Assembly: GCF_006345805.1 (NCBI RefSeq)
Contig: NC_043015.1
Span: forward strand, 5,270,001 to 5,334,000
Reading direction: 5' to 3'
DNA: 64,000 bases
Source: Octopus sinensis
Lineage: Eukaryota
The position numbers were made by a program, and so were the translations under genes. Below, one piece after another: positions 12,634 to 25,561 of this stretch; position 1 is the stretch's first letter; each line of letters opens with the position of its first letter. Under the pieces are notes generated by a model, which was not told the origin of the DNA, made no database searches, and saw only the letters and a program-made list of their open reading frames with translations.

Positions 12634-13170
12634 CGGCATATCTGGCATTAGAAATTTTTTCGTTTGCCCTTAATTATGAATTGTTTATAGATTTAACCTT
12701 TAAAGGTATGTTTTGATATGCTGGCCATTGATAAGGTGTTTTTAGAAAAGAATATATTTTTCGAAAATAATTTTATCCTTCATTAGATATAAATTCAAGC
12801 GTTCACTTCCGGACTCTTTCACTCTGTGGGAGCATTAGTTCTAATCGCACGTGTCTCGAATGGGCTGGAGTATTTCTATTTTGGATGTATTTGGGGTACT
12901 TATTTGTGCTCATGACTTAGTGTTCGCTTCTTCCATGGGTATGAGTAAGTATCTCATTTATTTCTTTTGCCACATGTATCACTGACGAAGGAAGGGCTGT
13001 TACAAGCTAACCCTGAAATCGGTCCGATATGGTAATAATGGAATGTTTTAGAAATTTCTGTCGACCTTTTTTCGAGTAGCGTGCATATTGTGAAAAAGTT
13101 ATATGGTTAATGGACAATTTTTCGGCATATCTGGCATTAGAAATCTTTTCGTTTGCCCTTAATTATGAAT

Positions 13171-13173
<3 letters not shown>
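12634..13173 (+). mobile_element. Second copy of the pLTR/retrozyme-like unit
   Basis: Copy of 11316-11855 within the tandem duplication. Confidence 0.75.
12977..13034 (+). ncRNA. Type I hammerhead ribozyme motif (duplicate)
   Basis: Identical to 11659-11716; cut after 13029. Confidence 0.75.
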
Positions 13174-13204
<31 letters not shown>

Positions 13205-13223
13205 AATATATAAACATACGTAC

Positions 13224-13294
<71 letters not shown>

Positions 13295-13299
<5 letters not shown>

Positions 13300-13473
13300 A
13301 TTATATAGAAGGAGCTTCTACAGGACTAGAACTGTTTCAATCAAAAGAAATCATCAGGAAGCTAGTAGACAAGAGTTGTTTTGGCATTTATACATTTAGG
13401 CAGGTTTAAATGGGTGGTGGTGGGGGACTTTTTTGGGGGTAGGCATGGCGCAAAACTATCATTATTAGGGGAG
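13295..13473 (-). mobile_element. Penelope-type pLTR fragment, second family
   Basis: Contains the HHR at 13313-13363; shares TATAGAAGGAGCTTCTACAGGACTAGAAC with 40855-40883. Confidence 0.65.
13313..13363 (-). ncRNA. Type I hammerhead ribozyme motif
   Basis: Minus strand: AGCTTC CTGATGA TTTCTTTTGATT GAAA CAG TTCTAGTC CTG T A GAAGCT. Perfect 6-bp stem I, 4-bp stem III (ACAG/CTGT), GUA triplet, weak stem II. Confidence 0.8.
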
Positions 13474-13481
13474 TATATATA

Positions 13482-13535
<54 letters not shown>

Positions 13536-14860
13536 GAGTGTACCTATGTTGGTGAATATACGTGCATTTGTGCTTTTGGATACATAACTATTGTGAAACA
13601 CATTTTTAATTCATAAAATAATTCCACTTAATTTTTGCTTTCTTTTGTGTCAGTTCGAATAAGAAAAAAAAATTGAAAGAAAATAATACGATAACGAAGT
13701 GACTGAACTGCCCTTCATGTATCCTGTTGACAGATGGCATTGTAAACCGAGAAAAATTTTAATAATGTCTAGCTAGATACATTTATGAGTTGCGAATCCA
13801 CATCGGTAAATTTACTTATGTGTAAAATCAAAACATGCTATTGTAAATTGCCTTATTTCAACTATTTATACAGAGCATGTACTACGTAATCAAAGAATGT
13901 AACATCAGATAAAGTGATGTCATAGCCAGGGAAACATTTATCAATTTTCTCCTTATCGCTATCAAAGTAGAGCGATCATTGGTCTATAAAAGAACTTGGT
14001 AAAGCCGTAATCATGCTCGTATTCAATTATATTCCTATTTATGCTACAGATCATGTATGATATGGAGGTTAAGACCTTGTCAGTCTGTTTCTATGGTAGT
14101 TACCACTGCAACTCATTGTGATTATAGAAATTACGCCCAGTGAATATGTGCATATAGATAATTGAATATTCACTAACAATTCAATCATGATTGCCTCAAT
14201 AACTTGAATGATATTAACCATATCATGTAAATATTTGTATATTGATACATGCTTTAGATGTTATCCCTCTTCCCTCACTTTCATAATAAGCTATATATGA
14301 TTTAAGAAACAATGTATGCTTCCAGCTATAAATATTTATCTGACAGATATATTCATTTACACAAAAATCTTTGGAATACATTCTTTATTACTATTGCGCA
14401 TCTCAGTATATCAGAATATATTCCACTTCTTTGTTTCAAAATCGTTGTATCTCGGTGGCTAGTTAATATAAAGGAGATATGCATTCCTAGATAATGTTTG
14501 GCAGAACTAGAAGTTTTAAATTTAAAATCATGTAAGAAAAAGGAAGAGACAAAGAATATACCTTATATTTATTTTAATTACTTACGTGGAGTATCTTGAA
14601 CTTTATTCAATCCAGTATAGTGATGGTCATCTTACATTTTGGATAAACATATCACTTATGAAAATAGAACCAGTGTGTTTACACATATATATGTGTGTAT
14701 CATATATATGTGTGTGTGTGTGTGTGTGTGTATATATACATACTTATATATACACTGAGAAATACACAGACATACAACATACATAAATATATATATATAG
14801 AGAGAAATAGAAAGGAAGAAAGAAAAGAGTTAGAAATATAGATATGTATAAATATAGACA

Positions 14861-14892
<32 letters not shown>

Positions 14893-17187
14893 CACGCACA
14901 CACTCACACATATATGCATAAATACAACGTTACATGTGTGTACGTTCGTATGCGTTCCATGTTAATTATGTAAGATATGTTATTGAATCCATACATAGCC
15001 TTCCATGATACTCCACACATTAATGTAAAGTATTAAATCTATTTTTACATGTAAAATTCCCTCTTTTTGCCGATGATGAAATTTAATTCACTCACATACC
15101 GATGTACTAAATTCTGTATGCACTAATTAATTTATAAAATTTCTCATCTGAGTGGATGAACTACCCAGAGGCAAATATTATCGACCTCGCAAATACAACC
15201 TAGTGGAATATTGAAGGAGCTAGAAATACACTTCTTGTGTTAATTTACACGCCTTCGTTCAATGATAATCAGATAATGATTTGCATGCAAGGTATAACTC
15301 TAAACCACTCAAACAATGCCCTAAAAATACCAATTATTTTCCACATGATAAATTATGTAATGGAATCTAAATTTCGCAGTTTATTCCATGCTGCTCATCA
15401 AATATAACATTAGCAGTTGCTCAGTGTCAATAACAGAAGTTAACCTGATTGTAGAATCCATCTTCATATCTGGATGAAACTGGGCCGTCGGTAAACGAGG
15501 GATGTTTCTTATTGACAGCTCTCAAAATTGTCAGTAGTCATGTAAAAATGCGTTTTCGAACTGCTCAGTGAATGCAGGTATAATTTTCGTTTTTATCAAT
15601 ACCCCGGTGTTATATCATTCTTCTTTTAATATTATATATTAAGGTTATGTATTATACCCTTTATATTACACCTGGGAATTGTGCCGCTGATGCTTCTCAA
15701 TAAACTCGTTTCAATTTCGAGCACGCTACTTGGATTACAATTAGTTTCCTTATTCCCTATTCTCAAGACTCGAGATGATTTAAGAACGCTGATGGAATTT
15801 CAGTATAAGGCTAATATGCAATTTCAGATTTGATGCAAGTCTCGATGACACAATTATATACACGTATTCACAATAATCAAACCTGAAGCTTAACCCTAAC
15901 GCCAAAAGTATCTGTTGAATACTCAACTACTAAAACTATAATCACATTTGTGGTCATTACATTTACTTGTATGAAACGTTGATGCATTTGGCTCTACAGT
16001 ATTATTTCAAAAGTTGAAGATTCTAGGAGTTAATACGTTTGTTCGCAAACACCCTGTTTCGAATTTTGTCTCTCTGCACGATTACAACAGCCATTGTCTA
16101 CTATACACTCTATTAGTCTAGGTTTTGTTAACTGGGATTTATTGGGTGTAATTTATGTTGAAAACTGACTGAGGAAAGCTTCCTGTTGTTATTGGGGAGA
16201 TTCTATTCGTAACATGTTTAAGCAATACTAGCGACAACATTGTTATATTTAGTGGCGTTCACAAGTCTGAACCGAATTTTTCCTTTCCGTCAAATAACCT
16301 CGATGGTTTTCAAAAGTGTGATATTAATGGATTTTCTTACAGTGTAATGGAATAAATACATAAAAAAAAACACACGCCGTAATATAATTTGATTGTTGCT
16401 AAGGCTACTGCCAGGATAGTTCGATCAAGAAGAATTTTCTTAAAAGCTTCACGGTTGTAAACATTTCTTCTTCTTCTTTATCGGAGACGACAATTTTTAA
16501 CGTGCGCTTCCCTTCTTAACTGTTGTACAATAATATATGGTGAAGTTACGGCAGCTCTTTCTTGTAGACAGAGTATATTTGCAGATATCTTTGGATTCGC
16601 ATAATGTAAATTGTAATTTTATGATGATGCGAGGATTAAGAATATTTGATCTCCTGCTTCTGGTTAATACTTAAACAAACCTTGTGCTATATATTATACA
16701 TGCAAGCAACAAATTTTATTTATAATTGTATTAAGTAGGTAAAAAATCTATAAAAATGTCATCGAGGCTTATACTAATGCAATTGACAGATTGACCTCCG
16801 TAGGACGTCACACACACACACACACACACGCATATCTAGAGATAATGCCTAATTATAGACACACGCACACATACGAATGTGTGTGAGTGTGTAATATCTC
16901 AGAAGAATGTGAAGCGGTTCAATTAAGTCTAAACGTACCCGTAACACACTGAATATCACAATAATAACTCAAAGATTCTGTTTCGTGATAAGGGGCCACC
17001 GGACTCCTAGATCTTTGTATGAGTGTGCTTCTCTATATATAAGTGTATATATATATGAATATATAAATGTATCTATAGCTCTCTCATTCTCATTCTATCT
17101 CTCTGCCGCCCAATATAGGTGTGTGCTTATATTAGCATGAGTTTACATATACACACACACAAGCATATATATCTATATATCTATCTA

Positions 17188-17254
<67 letters not shown>

Positions 17255-17571
17255 GTGTTTCTTAAATAATGTGTGTGTACTTCTTAAATAATATCTATAT
17301 TATTTCCTTCTAGGGAAATGTAATATTTGTTGCTGCGTTAAACAATTTCTGTTGATAGGTACTTGACCTTGTTTGACATTTTTTGACGGAGTTATCGTAA
17401 TCCCAGAATAGTTCAGATGTAGTAAATTAGTATACTGCTATGCAAAATAACGTCTCTGGTTCAAGAATTTTCAAAGCATGAAGCTAATACAGCTGCTTGT
17501 TTTTCATACGCCTGTCTTCATCTTTTGTTTTTTCTGTAAATTTCAACCATATAGGTGTATAAGCAAAAAGC

Positions 17572-17604
<33 letters not shown>

Positions 17605-17839
17605 GCATGATTATCTACTTTCCTTTCCATGGAAAATAGACAAATGTACTAGTAGATTAGTGTATTGGAAATCCTTGTCACAGTAGTACATTGTCCTATA
17701 AATTGTCCGCATTAACCCAATAATTGTAATAACCAAATGTGCCCTTCGACTGTAAACATGTTTCAGTAGATTTCGAACTTTTGGTTAGATCTACATTATT
17801 ATCAGTCTTTGAATGAAACATTAGTATTGTCATTGTACA

Positions 17840-18035
17840 GTCGAGCTGGTAGAGTTGTTAGCATGCCTGGCTATATGCTGAACGGCATTTCGTGTTTACA
17901 TTCTGAGTTCTAATTCCACCGAAGTCAACTTCAGCTTTATCCCCTTTCGGTTGTTGATAGAATATATACTAGGGTAGATCTACTCGATTTACTATCCCCG
18001 AAAATTGCTGGCTTTGTACAAATCTTTGAAATTAT
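17840..18035 (+). mobile_element. Decayed SINE family B
   Basis: gagctggtagagttgttagc...ctgagttctaattccaccgaagtcaacttcagctttatcccctttcgg aligns with 29576-29700. Confidence 0.7.
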
Positions 18036-18986
18036 TATTGTAACACATGACAGTGCATATGATTTGAACTAACGAAAGGAAAGTAATTTCCGCACATATT
18101 TTCATTATTACAGAAATAGTAGCTAGTTACTAACAATACACAAACTTCAAATTTCTTAGTCCAAAACAGTTCCAAGCTTGCGTATGTTGGCAACAGTGAA
18201 AGAAGAATGTGTATCTAACATTGAATGTTAACAGTGAAAGAAGTATGCTAATCAAACTGTTTGAATTTTCCAGCCGTGCTATTCATGTCACTCAGATAAG
18301 ACATTCAAATTTATCTAACTGTTTATTGTTCAAGAAGAAATATATTTCAAGTAGTAGTAACTTGTATTAATCTTCTATACGCACTACGATATATCTCTCT
18401 TAAACAACCGCTATTTTTCGTACTACATCTATTACATAAACCGATGAGATTATGCATAAAAGAATCGAACTCTTAAGTCACCAAGTGCTTACTAATAAAA
18501 TGTATCGATCTCTATATTAAACGAGTACACTCTGGTGAATTAATCGTATGTGCACTTATTATACTGCGTTTGCACATCCGTAATCGTTTGGCAAAATGTG
18601 TATGAAGTTTATAAATAATATATATGAAATATAAAGTGAGAACAGAATCAAAATAATAATAATAAAAAAAGATATGATAAGTACAAGAATATTAACAGAT
18701 TAAACAAATCTGCATTAAAATCAAACTAGGAACATTCTTCCATGCAGGCAAAATTTAATCTTCGATAAATCCTATGTTCAAATCTAATAATTATTTTTCT
18801 GACAAATATCGCAAGAACGTTGCCAATTTTCTGTTTCGTAGACAATGTGCCCATTTCATATAAATACACATACATATATACATATCTGTATAAGTGAGCG
18901 TTTGTACATTGACAGATATATGCTACCTTAGTTCAAACACGCATAATCAAACAAACACAGAAATATATATATATATGAATACGTTC

Positions 18987-19018
<32 letters not shown>

Positions 19019-19124
19019 TATATATATACACTTACGTACATTCATACATAGATACATATGTGTGTGTGTGTGTATGCGTGTGCGTGTGTGTGTGTTTTTT
19101 TGGTTTTTTGTTTTCATTTCTGAG

Positions 19125-19202
19125 TGAGATAGACAGATAAATATGTTCAACTGTATGAGATAGACGGATAAATGTGTGTATCTGTGTGAGATAGACAGAT
19201 AA
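19125..19202. repeat. 31-bp minisatellite x2.5
   Basis: TGAGATAGAC(A/G)GATAA recurs at 19125, 19156 and 19187. Confidence 0.7.
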
Positions 19203-19329
19203 TAGATAAAGAAAGAGAAAGAGGGGGGGCTTAGACAGCGACAGAGAGAGCGAGTTGGACAGACAGTTGTAACAGTCGCTATGAGATGATGAGATGTGAC
19301 TAATGAGATTTTCTTGTAAATACCTTTGC

Positions 19330-20825
19330 CAGAGAGGAAAATTTCTAAAGCTTATTTTCAAAATGTACTTATTTGTTTTTACTGACGCCAACAAATCTTA
19401 GTTTCCTACAAAGCTGTTATTTTGTGATTTGTATTTGAATTTATGCTTGCTAGATATTCCGTAGCGCTAAAGTGTCATACGAGGTCCAAGGACTGTTCCT
19501 TATGCTGTGTAGTTCTCGAAATGACATCCTTGTTTGGTCTATATAATTGTCACCACATCCTGAAAATTTATCACACAAATTAAATTTTCGGATGCACAGG
19601 TGCAATAGGTCTTAATTGTGAATCTTGCTTGAAGTGGAATTCGGTACCTTCCAGTGGATTGGGGAAAGCTCCGCAACTTGCGCGTCGCATTTTTTAATTA
19701 TTGCTTTCGTTGTTGTAGCGTATACCTTCGATTTTATCAGTATTTTTTTTAGTGATTTGGGTTGTTTTTAAATTTTGCTAAATTTGTGTGTTTGTAGAAT
19801 TTTCGTCAGCATTGGATCCCTAGTGAGATTTGGCAGATTTTGAGTAATGGTGTTGTCTACCTCATGTATTCTAGAGGTTTCTGTCGGTATATAAGGCAGT
19901 AATTATAGGTTTGGGTGTAGAATGTCTTTTCGTTCCATTGCGTATTTAGATATCTATCTTCTAAGCACGTTTAATCACGTCATCTATAAGTGAGAGTGGA
20001 TTGTGTGGTTCAATGAATGTACCTCAGCGGTCCTTAAGTCGGAGGCCCCGAGTATTTGCATCAGACGCTGTTGTGCAAATCATTTTCGCTAAATTAAAAA
20101 TAATATTTATTTTGATTTGTTTCGGGTGACATGAACTAAACAGAAGATATTGCTTCGACTCCGTTGGTTTACAACAGATATCGGTTTGAATTTGATCGTT
20201 GACTTTTTTTATCAAAATATCAAGGAATGGGAGTTACTCTTTGATCTACTTCACTGTAAGTTGAATATTTGGATTTATACTATTTTGTACTGATTTAAAT
20301 TCAAAACATTTCACAAGGTGTCATTACAAATGATAATGCAGTCATCCAAATACCTTTTTCTTATATAATGGTAGAATGGGTATTCACGTTTTGTTGTGAT
20401 ACTCTATAACTGGTTAATTCTAAATATCTCATTATTAGGCTTGCAAGAACTGAGGTTGCATTTGTTCCCATCACATTTCAATATTTTTGTTGGCAGTGGG
20501 TGTCATGAAATAGAAAGTAATTGCCCTAGAAGATAAATTTTAAAGTTACATCAATAAAGTCCCCGTTCATGCGCTCCGGAAATACTTCGTGATAATTAAC
20601 CAGCCAGAATTAGATTCCATCTATTGTGGGATGTTGCTGTATAGATTGACAACATCGAAGGAAACCATGATTATTTCTTCAATAATTGTTTTTCGTGGGT
20701 GGTTTAGCATCTCTAGATCGTCTCTAATGAACCTTTTGATATATTTCAAATGGGATTTATGTGGTATATCTAGAAATTTGCTTCGTCAGTGAGTTTCACA
20801 CGTTGGGCCAGCAATTAAAAGGATT
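19330..20825 (-). mobile_element. Decayed Penelope-like element ORF (RT plus GIY-YIG endonuclease)
   Basis: Frameshifted motifs in order: IAGPTCETH, SFDVVNLYSNIP (20625-65), RYLDD (20341-55), PFLDILIKKVNDQIQTDICCKPTESKQYLLFSSCHP, KQPKSLKKIL, TCASENL, GCGDNYI.QT (19531-60). Confidence 0.92.
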
Positions 20826-20922
20826 AACTTTAACTGATGTGTATGTGCATAACTGGTGATTATTTGCGGGCTTCATTAATTAACTGACTCTTTAGTATTT
20901 TAGGTAAGCCTTAGAAAAGACT

Positions 20923-21187
20923 GTGGAGGCGTGAGGCTTAGTGTTTAGGGTGTCAGCATCATAATCGTAAGATTGTGGTTTCGATTCCTGGAACGGGCGA
21001 CCCGTTGTGTTCTTGATCAAACACTTCATTTCACGTTGCTCCAGTCTACTCGGCTGGCAAAAATGAGTAACGCTGCGATGGACTGGCGTCCCGTGCAGCT
21101 AGGTAACACATACGCCATAGAAACCGGGAAACCGGGCCCATGAACCTGGCTAAGTTTTTAAAAAGGGCGCGTTTATTTATTTTTTTT
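20923..21187 (+). mobile_element. tRNA-derived SINE family C (V-domain-like) with 12-bp target-site duplication
   Basis: A box/B box head, TGTTCTTGATCAAACAC...TTGCTCCAGT, GCTGCGATGGACTGGCGTCCCGT; TSD TTAGAAAAGACT at 20911-20922 and 21188-21199. Confidence 0.88.
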
Positions 21188-21393
21188 TTAGAAAAGACTA
21201 AGAGTACATTTGAAATTTGTGATATAATCTATTTCTTTGTTTGTCAGATTTTTCCAAGTACAGGAATCAAGCACACAAGACTTTTCATTGTATTTTGTTG
21301 TTTCTAGTTTTCAACTTTTTTCGTAGACGGTATCATTTACTAACATGGGTATTAATAGGTTTTGTAGCATCCTATGTCACTTAGAACTGCATA

Positions 21394-21494
<101 letters not shown>

Positions 21495-22334
21495 CGTTAG
21501 TGGATCAGTGAATCATTTATCCGAAAAAGAAACACACTGTAAAAGTTAAAGCAGTGACCTCCTCACCCCAACATACGTGACTCTTCCTTTTCTGCTTAAT
21601 CCATTCTGTCTTTCTATGGTATTTATCCTTATCTACGCATGCGTTTTACTCTGAGTATGTGCGAACGCGTATGTGCGTGTGTATGAGTGTGTGTGTGTGT
21701 GTGTGTGGTGTGTGTGTGTGTGTGTGCGTGTGAGTGTATGCGTTTCTATGTGTTCTGAGTGTATATATAGGTTTGCTTCCTATACCGTTTGTATTTGATA
21801 GAAAGAGTATAATATATACAAAAACACAACATACACATATCTAAGGCAAAATGGGTGAAAATAGACAGGAAAGTAAATAAATTTTGAAAAAAATAAATAT
21901 CGGGAACACATACAAAGAGTATTGTAAGCAAACCTATACGCACACAAAACATACATAGTAAACGCACGCACACTCACACAGAGATACAGGCTCAAACGGA
22001 TGAGCATATTAGGATACAGACCACAGAAAAACAGAATGGGATAAACAGAACAGGGAACACATGGGATGGAGAGTTGCTGAAGAGGTCGCTGGATGCATGA
22101 CGAAAGAGTTCTGGAGAAAAGGCATAAAATAAGAACAAGAATAAGCCTGAAATGTAGAACAGATATGTAGTGCGCGGGTATATTTTGCCAGCGCAAGAAA
22201 TGACCACCACGTTTTATAAGAAAATCTGTGTTAACACACTATTTGTAAAATAATGTATATACGCAATATATATATATATATCACATGTTTCAGTCATTAG
22301 ACTATAACCATCCTGGAGCTATGACCTCGTGTGT

Positions 22335-22522
22335 ACCGTTAGCGATTTTTTTTCCTCTGTCTTCCCTTCTCGGGATCTTTCCTTCTCCTATGTTTCCGAC
22401 GAAGAGCTCCGCTCGAAACGTTAAATCCTCTTTCTTCCCTTCTTTCCTGAGCGTCCAATAATACTATATTTGTTCCACGTCCTCGCGTTGTTGTGTTTTT
22501 TTGCGTTTTCTCGTTGGGATTA

Positions 22523-22530
<8 letters not shown>
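22335..22530 (+). mobile_element. Penelope-type pLTR fragment, third family
   Basis: Pyrimidine-rich repeat carrying a minimal HHR; ends in (TA)n. Confidence 0.6.
22392..22425 (+). ncRNA. Minimal hammerhead-like motif (CCGACGA core variant)
   Basis: GTTT CCGACGA A GAGC TCC GCTC GAAA CG T T AAA: 4-bp stem II, palindromic AACGTT stem III, TTT/AAA stem I. Confidence 0.6.
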
Positions 22531-22559
<29 letters not shown>

Positions 22560-23681
22560 TGGTGTGTGTGTGTATATATACACATACATACCTATACATG
22601 TATGTATATATATATATGTATGTACATATGTATGTATATACCACTGTATTGACCGGATCACCATATGTTCTTATACATTACTTGTCACGAGGAGCTTACA
22701 CATCTTGATTACGACATTTCATCTCGAAATAAATTTTTTAACTAAAGCGTCTTCTCATCTTCGTGGAATCATTCCAAGTAGCCTACTCCGATGTCTTCGA
22801 TATCATTCGTATATAAATTGTGAAAATGCAGGTTTGTCACAATAGAATGAAACTGTTATAAATTAATTTAAAGTATATTCGTCGTTTATTGTTTTTTGTT
22901 TTAAATTTTGATTACACCTCCCAATAGGGATAATTTTCGCTTCCTCAATATTTTTTTTTATTTCGTTGTTCATTACGATAAAGCGTCGCTCTAATACGAT
23001 TCACGGATTGATGAGTCATTCAACAAACTCCTTGTTGCGATAGTTCAGGCAACGTGATCTGAGATGTACTGCATCGAAATTTATGTCCAAAAATATCAGT
23101 ACTTGCTTTTATTTGGATATGGTCAACGCGATGGGAGTATAGCACCATAACATAAATAACAACAACAATTTTGTCGCAAATAATATTTGTTATATTTGAT
23201 AACATTGCACTATACTCTCTGTGAACGAAGGTCCATTTGCTTGATATCAGAAACATAAATTTGCAGCGTCTAATGACTTTATTCTATGCACATATTCGTC
23301 ACTTTTACCATGCATCGTTTTTCTCAATGCCACAAATATTACATACATTTTGCATATTATAGACCGATGCCTTAAATATGTATTCACACACACTCAGTTG
23401 TCAATTATGGGATATTACATAGATTTTTTGAAATCCTTATCAAAAGCTCCACGCATTCACACATACGCATAGATATAGAATAGATGCAGATATAGATGGA
23501 TGGTTAGATAGATATAGATATATACCTAAACGCACATATATATTTAAATAAGTATATATATATGCGTGTGTGTGTATGTGTGCATGTGTGTATTTACATA
23601 TGTATGTATATACACACACACATAGATTTATATATATATATATATGCATATTACCTCGATACCTCTTATATATGTGTATGC

Positions 23682-23737
<56 letters not shown>

Positions 23738-24626
23738 GTATGCATCTATAAATATGTATATGTATCTGTATGAATGTATGTATGTATATATAATTATCAT
23801 ACATACATATACATATATCTGATTTAAAATATTTCAAAGACGTAATTAGTTCTATTCCAGCTGAGATTCTAGAAATAGATAGAGGGTAAAATCAAATACA
23901 TTTGTAAACAGAAAGGAAAACAGGGTGGAGATATCTATGGAGACGGTTCGCTGTGTAGGAAAAGGGTTGAAACATGGAAAGCAAAATGTTAAATAAATAA
24001 GGTTCCCCGTTTTTTTCCTTGCTTTTTTGCATGCACATAGATATAAGAGAAAAGCATAATGCAGGAGGAGAAGCATGAGAAACAGAGAGGAACTTAATAT
24101 TTGATATTACATAACTCTCAACATTATATCGATTATTTCTTGCTCTCTAACCTTATTTGCTTGTTGGAACAAAAATGGAGAATTATTACATTACTTTTCT
24201 TTATCAACATTAATAGTTTCATAGTATATTTTCAATTTGGAAATATTAGCAGAAGACAATCATACACATACTTCTTAGAAGTAAAATTGTATTTCCAATT
24301 AGCGTAACATTGCTACAGGCAATTTAAATTAATAAAATAATATACACATTTTTTCCAAGTTCAAATGTACCTGGTTAAAACTCAATTTGATAGCTTGCTT
24401 GGAAGATGTGTGTATTCATTTATGCTGACCGAATATCACTACTGATTACCTTATTTAATTAAGCCCTAATGTGGCACAGGTAGTCTATACTGTGTGTAAC
24501 AATCTACCTGCAGACGCACTCTTTCAAAAATATCAGAATATGTCTTATGTGAAACACTGACGAATTTTGGTTTCTTTAGATAAATATTAAAAATCCCCAT
24601 AGTAGAGTGAAATAATCATAAAGGAA

Positions 24627-24717
24627 GTATGGGTATATGGCATAGTGGTTAAGAGTGCGGGCTACTAACCCCAAGAGTCCGAGTTCAATTCCAGGCAGTA
24701 ACCTGAATAATAATGAC

Positions 24718-24761
<44 letters not shown>

Positions 24762-24877
24762 GAATAACAATAAAAATAACAACAACATGGAAAAGTACCT
24801 TCGGAATGAGAACCCAGGTACAAAATTTCCCCTAGATACCAGCTAGTGTTAACAACAAATAAGATGATAACAAAATA
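24627..24877 (+). mobile_element. tRNA-headed short element: head + (AAT)n + unique tail
   Basis: A box TGGCATAGTGG, B box GAGTTCAATTCC, anticodon-like arm GGG-CTACTAA-CCC, (AAT)n 24706-24786; the tail end resembles 29253-29282. Confidence 0.7.
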
Positions 24878-24980
24878 GGCGTAGGAGTTGCTGTGTGGTA
24901 AGTTGCTTGCTTACAAACTATATTGTTCCGGGTTCAGTCCCACTGCGTGGCACCTTGGGCATGTATCTTAGAAGCCCGTC

Positions 24981-25030
<50 letters not shown>

Positions 25031-25258
25031 GTGTGTATGTGTGTGTGTGTCTGTGTGTCTGTGATTGTTACCCAACATCGCTTGACAACCGATGCTGATG
25101 AGTTTACGTCCCCGTAACTTAGCGGTTCTGCAAAAGAAACCGATAGAATTAGTACTAGGCTTACAAAGAATAAGTCATCAGGTTAATTTGCTCGACTAAA
25201 GGCAGTGCTCCAGCATGGCCACATTTAAATAACAGAAACAAGTAAGAGAGTAAAAGAA
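24878..25258 (+). mobile_element. SINE family A (older subtype)
   Basis: Head, internal (TA)n(TG)n and tail all present. Confidence 0.93.
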
Positions 25259-25374
25259 TATGTATATTGGAGTGAAATACTTCGTCTTTCATTTGTAGGT
25301 TCAAAGGAGATAAATCTAGAAACAAGCGTATCATATGATAATTGCATTAGTTCCAAATTTTGGAACAAGGCCAT

Positions 25375-25561
25375 TAATTCTGGAGTAAGGAGTAAGTGGA
25401 TTACATCGACCCCAGTGCTCAACTGGTACTTTTTTTAACAACCCCTAATAGAATTCAAGAGAATGCCTACGACGGCAGAATCTGATATTAGAACGTAGAA
25501 ACAGACGAAATGCTGCTAAGCATTTTACTAAGCGGTATTAACGACTCTTCCAGCTCACCAC
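25375..25561 (-). mobile_element. Decayed SINE family B
   Basis: ttacatcgaccccagtgctcaactggtact...acagacgaaatgctgctaagcatttt...cagctcacc. Confidence 0.7.

Larger units (their letters stand above)
10551..13188 (+). repeat. Near-identical tandem duplication, 2 x ~1319 bp (10551-11869 / 11870-13188)
   Basis: Side-by-side reading shows identity including the same (CAT)n length. The only difference noticed is GGG versus GG near 11089/12408. Both boundaries lie in (TA)n tracts. Confidence 0.97.

Noticed and set aside
22070-22116. CTGAAGA G GTC...GAC GAAA hammerhead-like string
   Set aside because: No acceptable NUH together with a stable stem I and stem III.
24631-24700. Possible tRNA gene
   Set aside because: There is no acceptor stem pairing and it runs into (AAT)n; treated as a SINE head.
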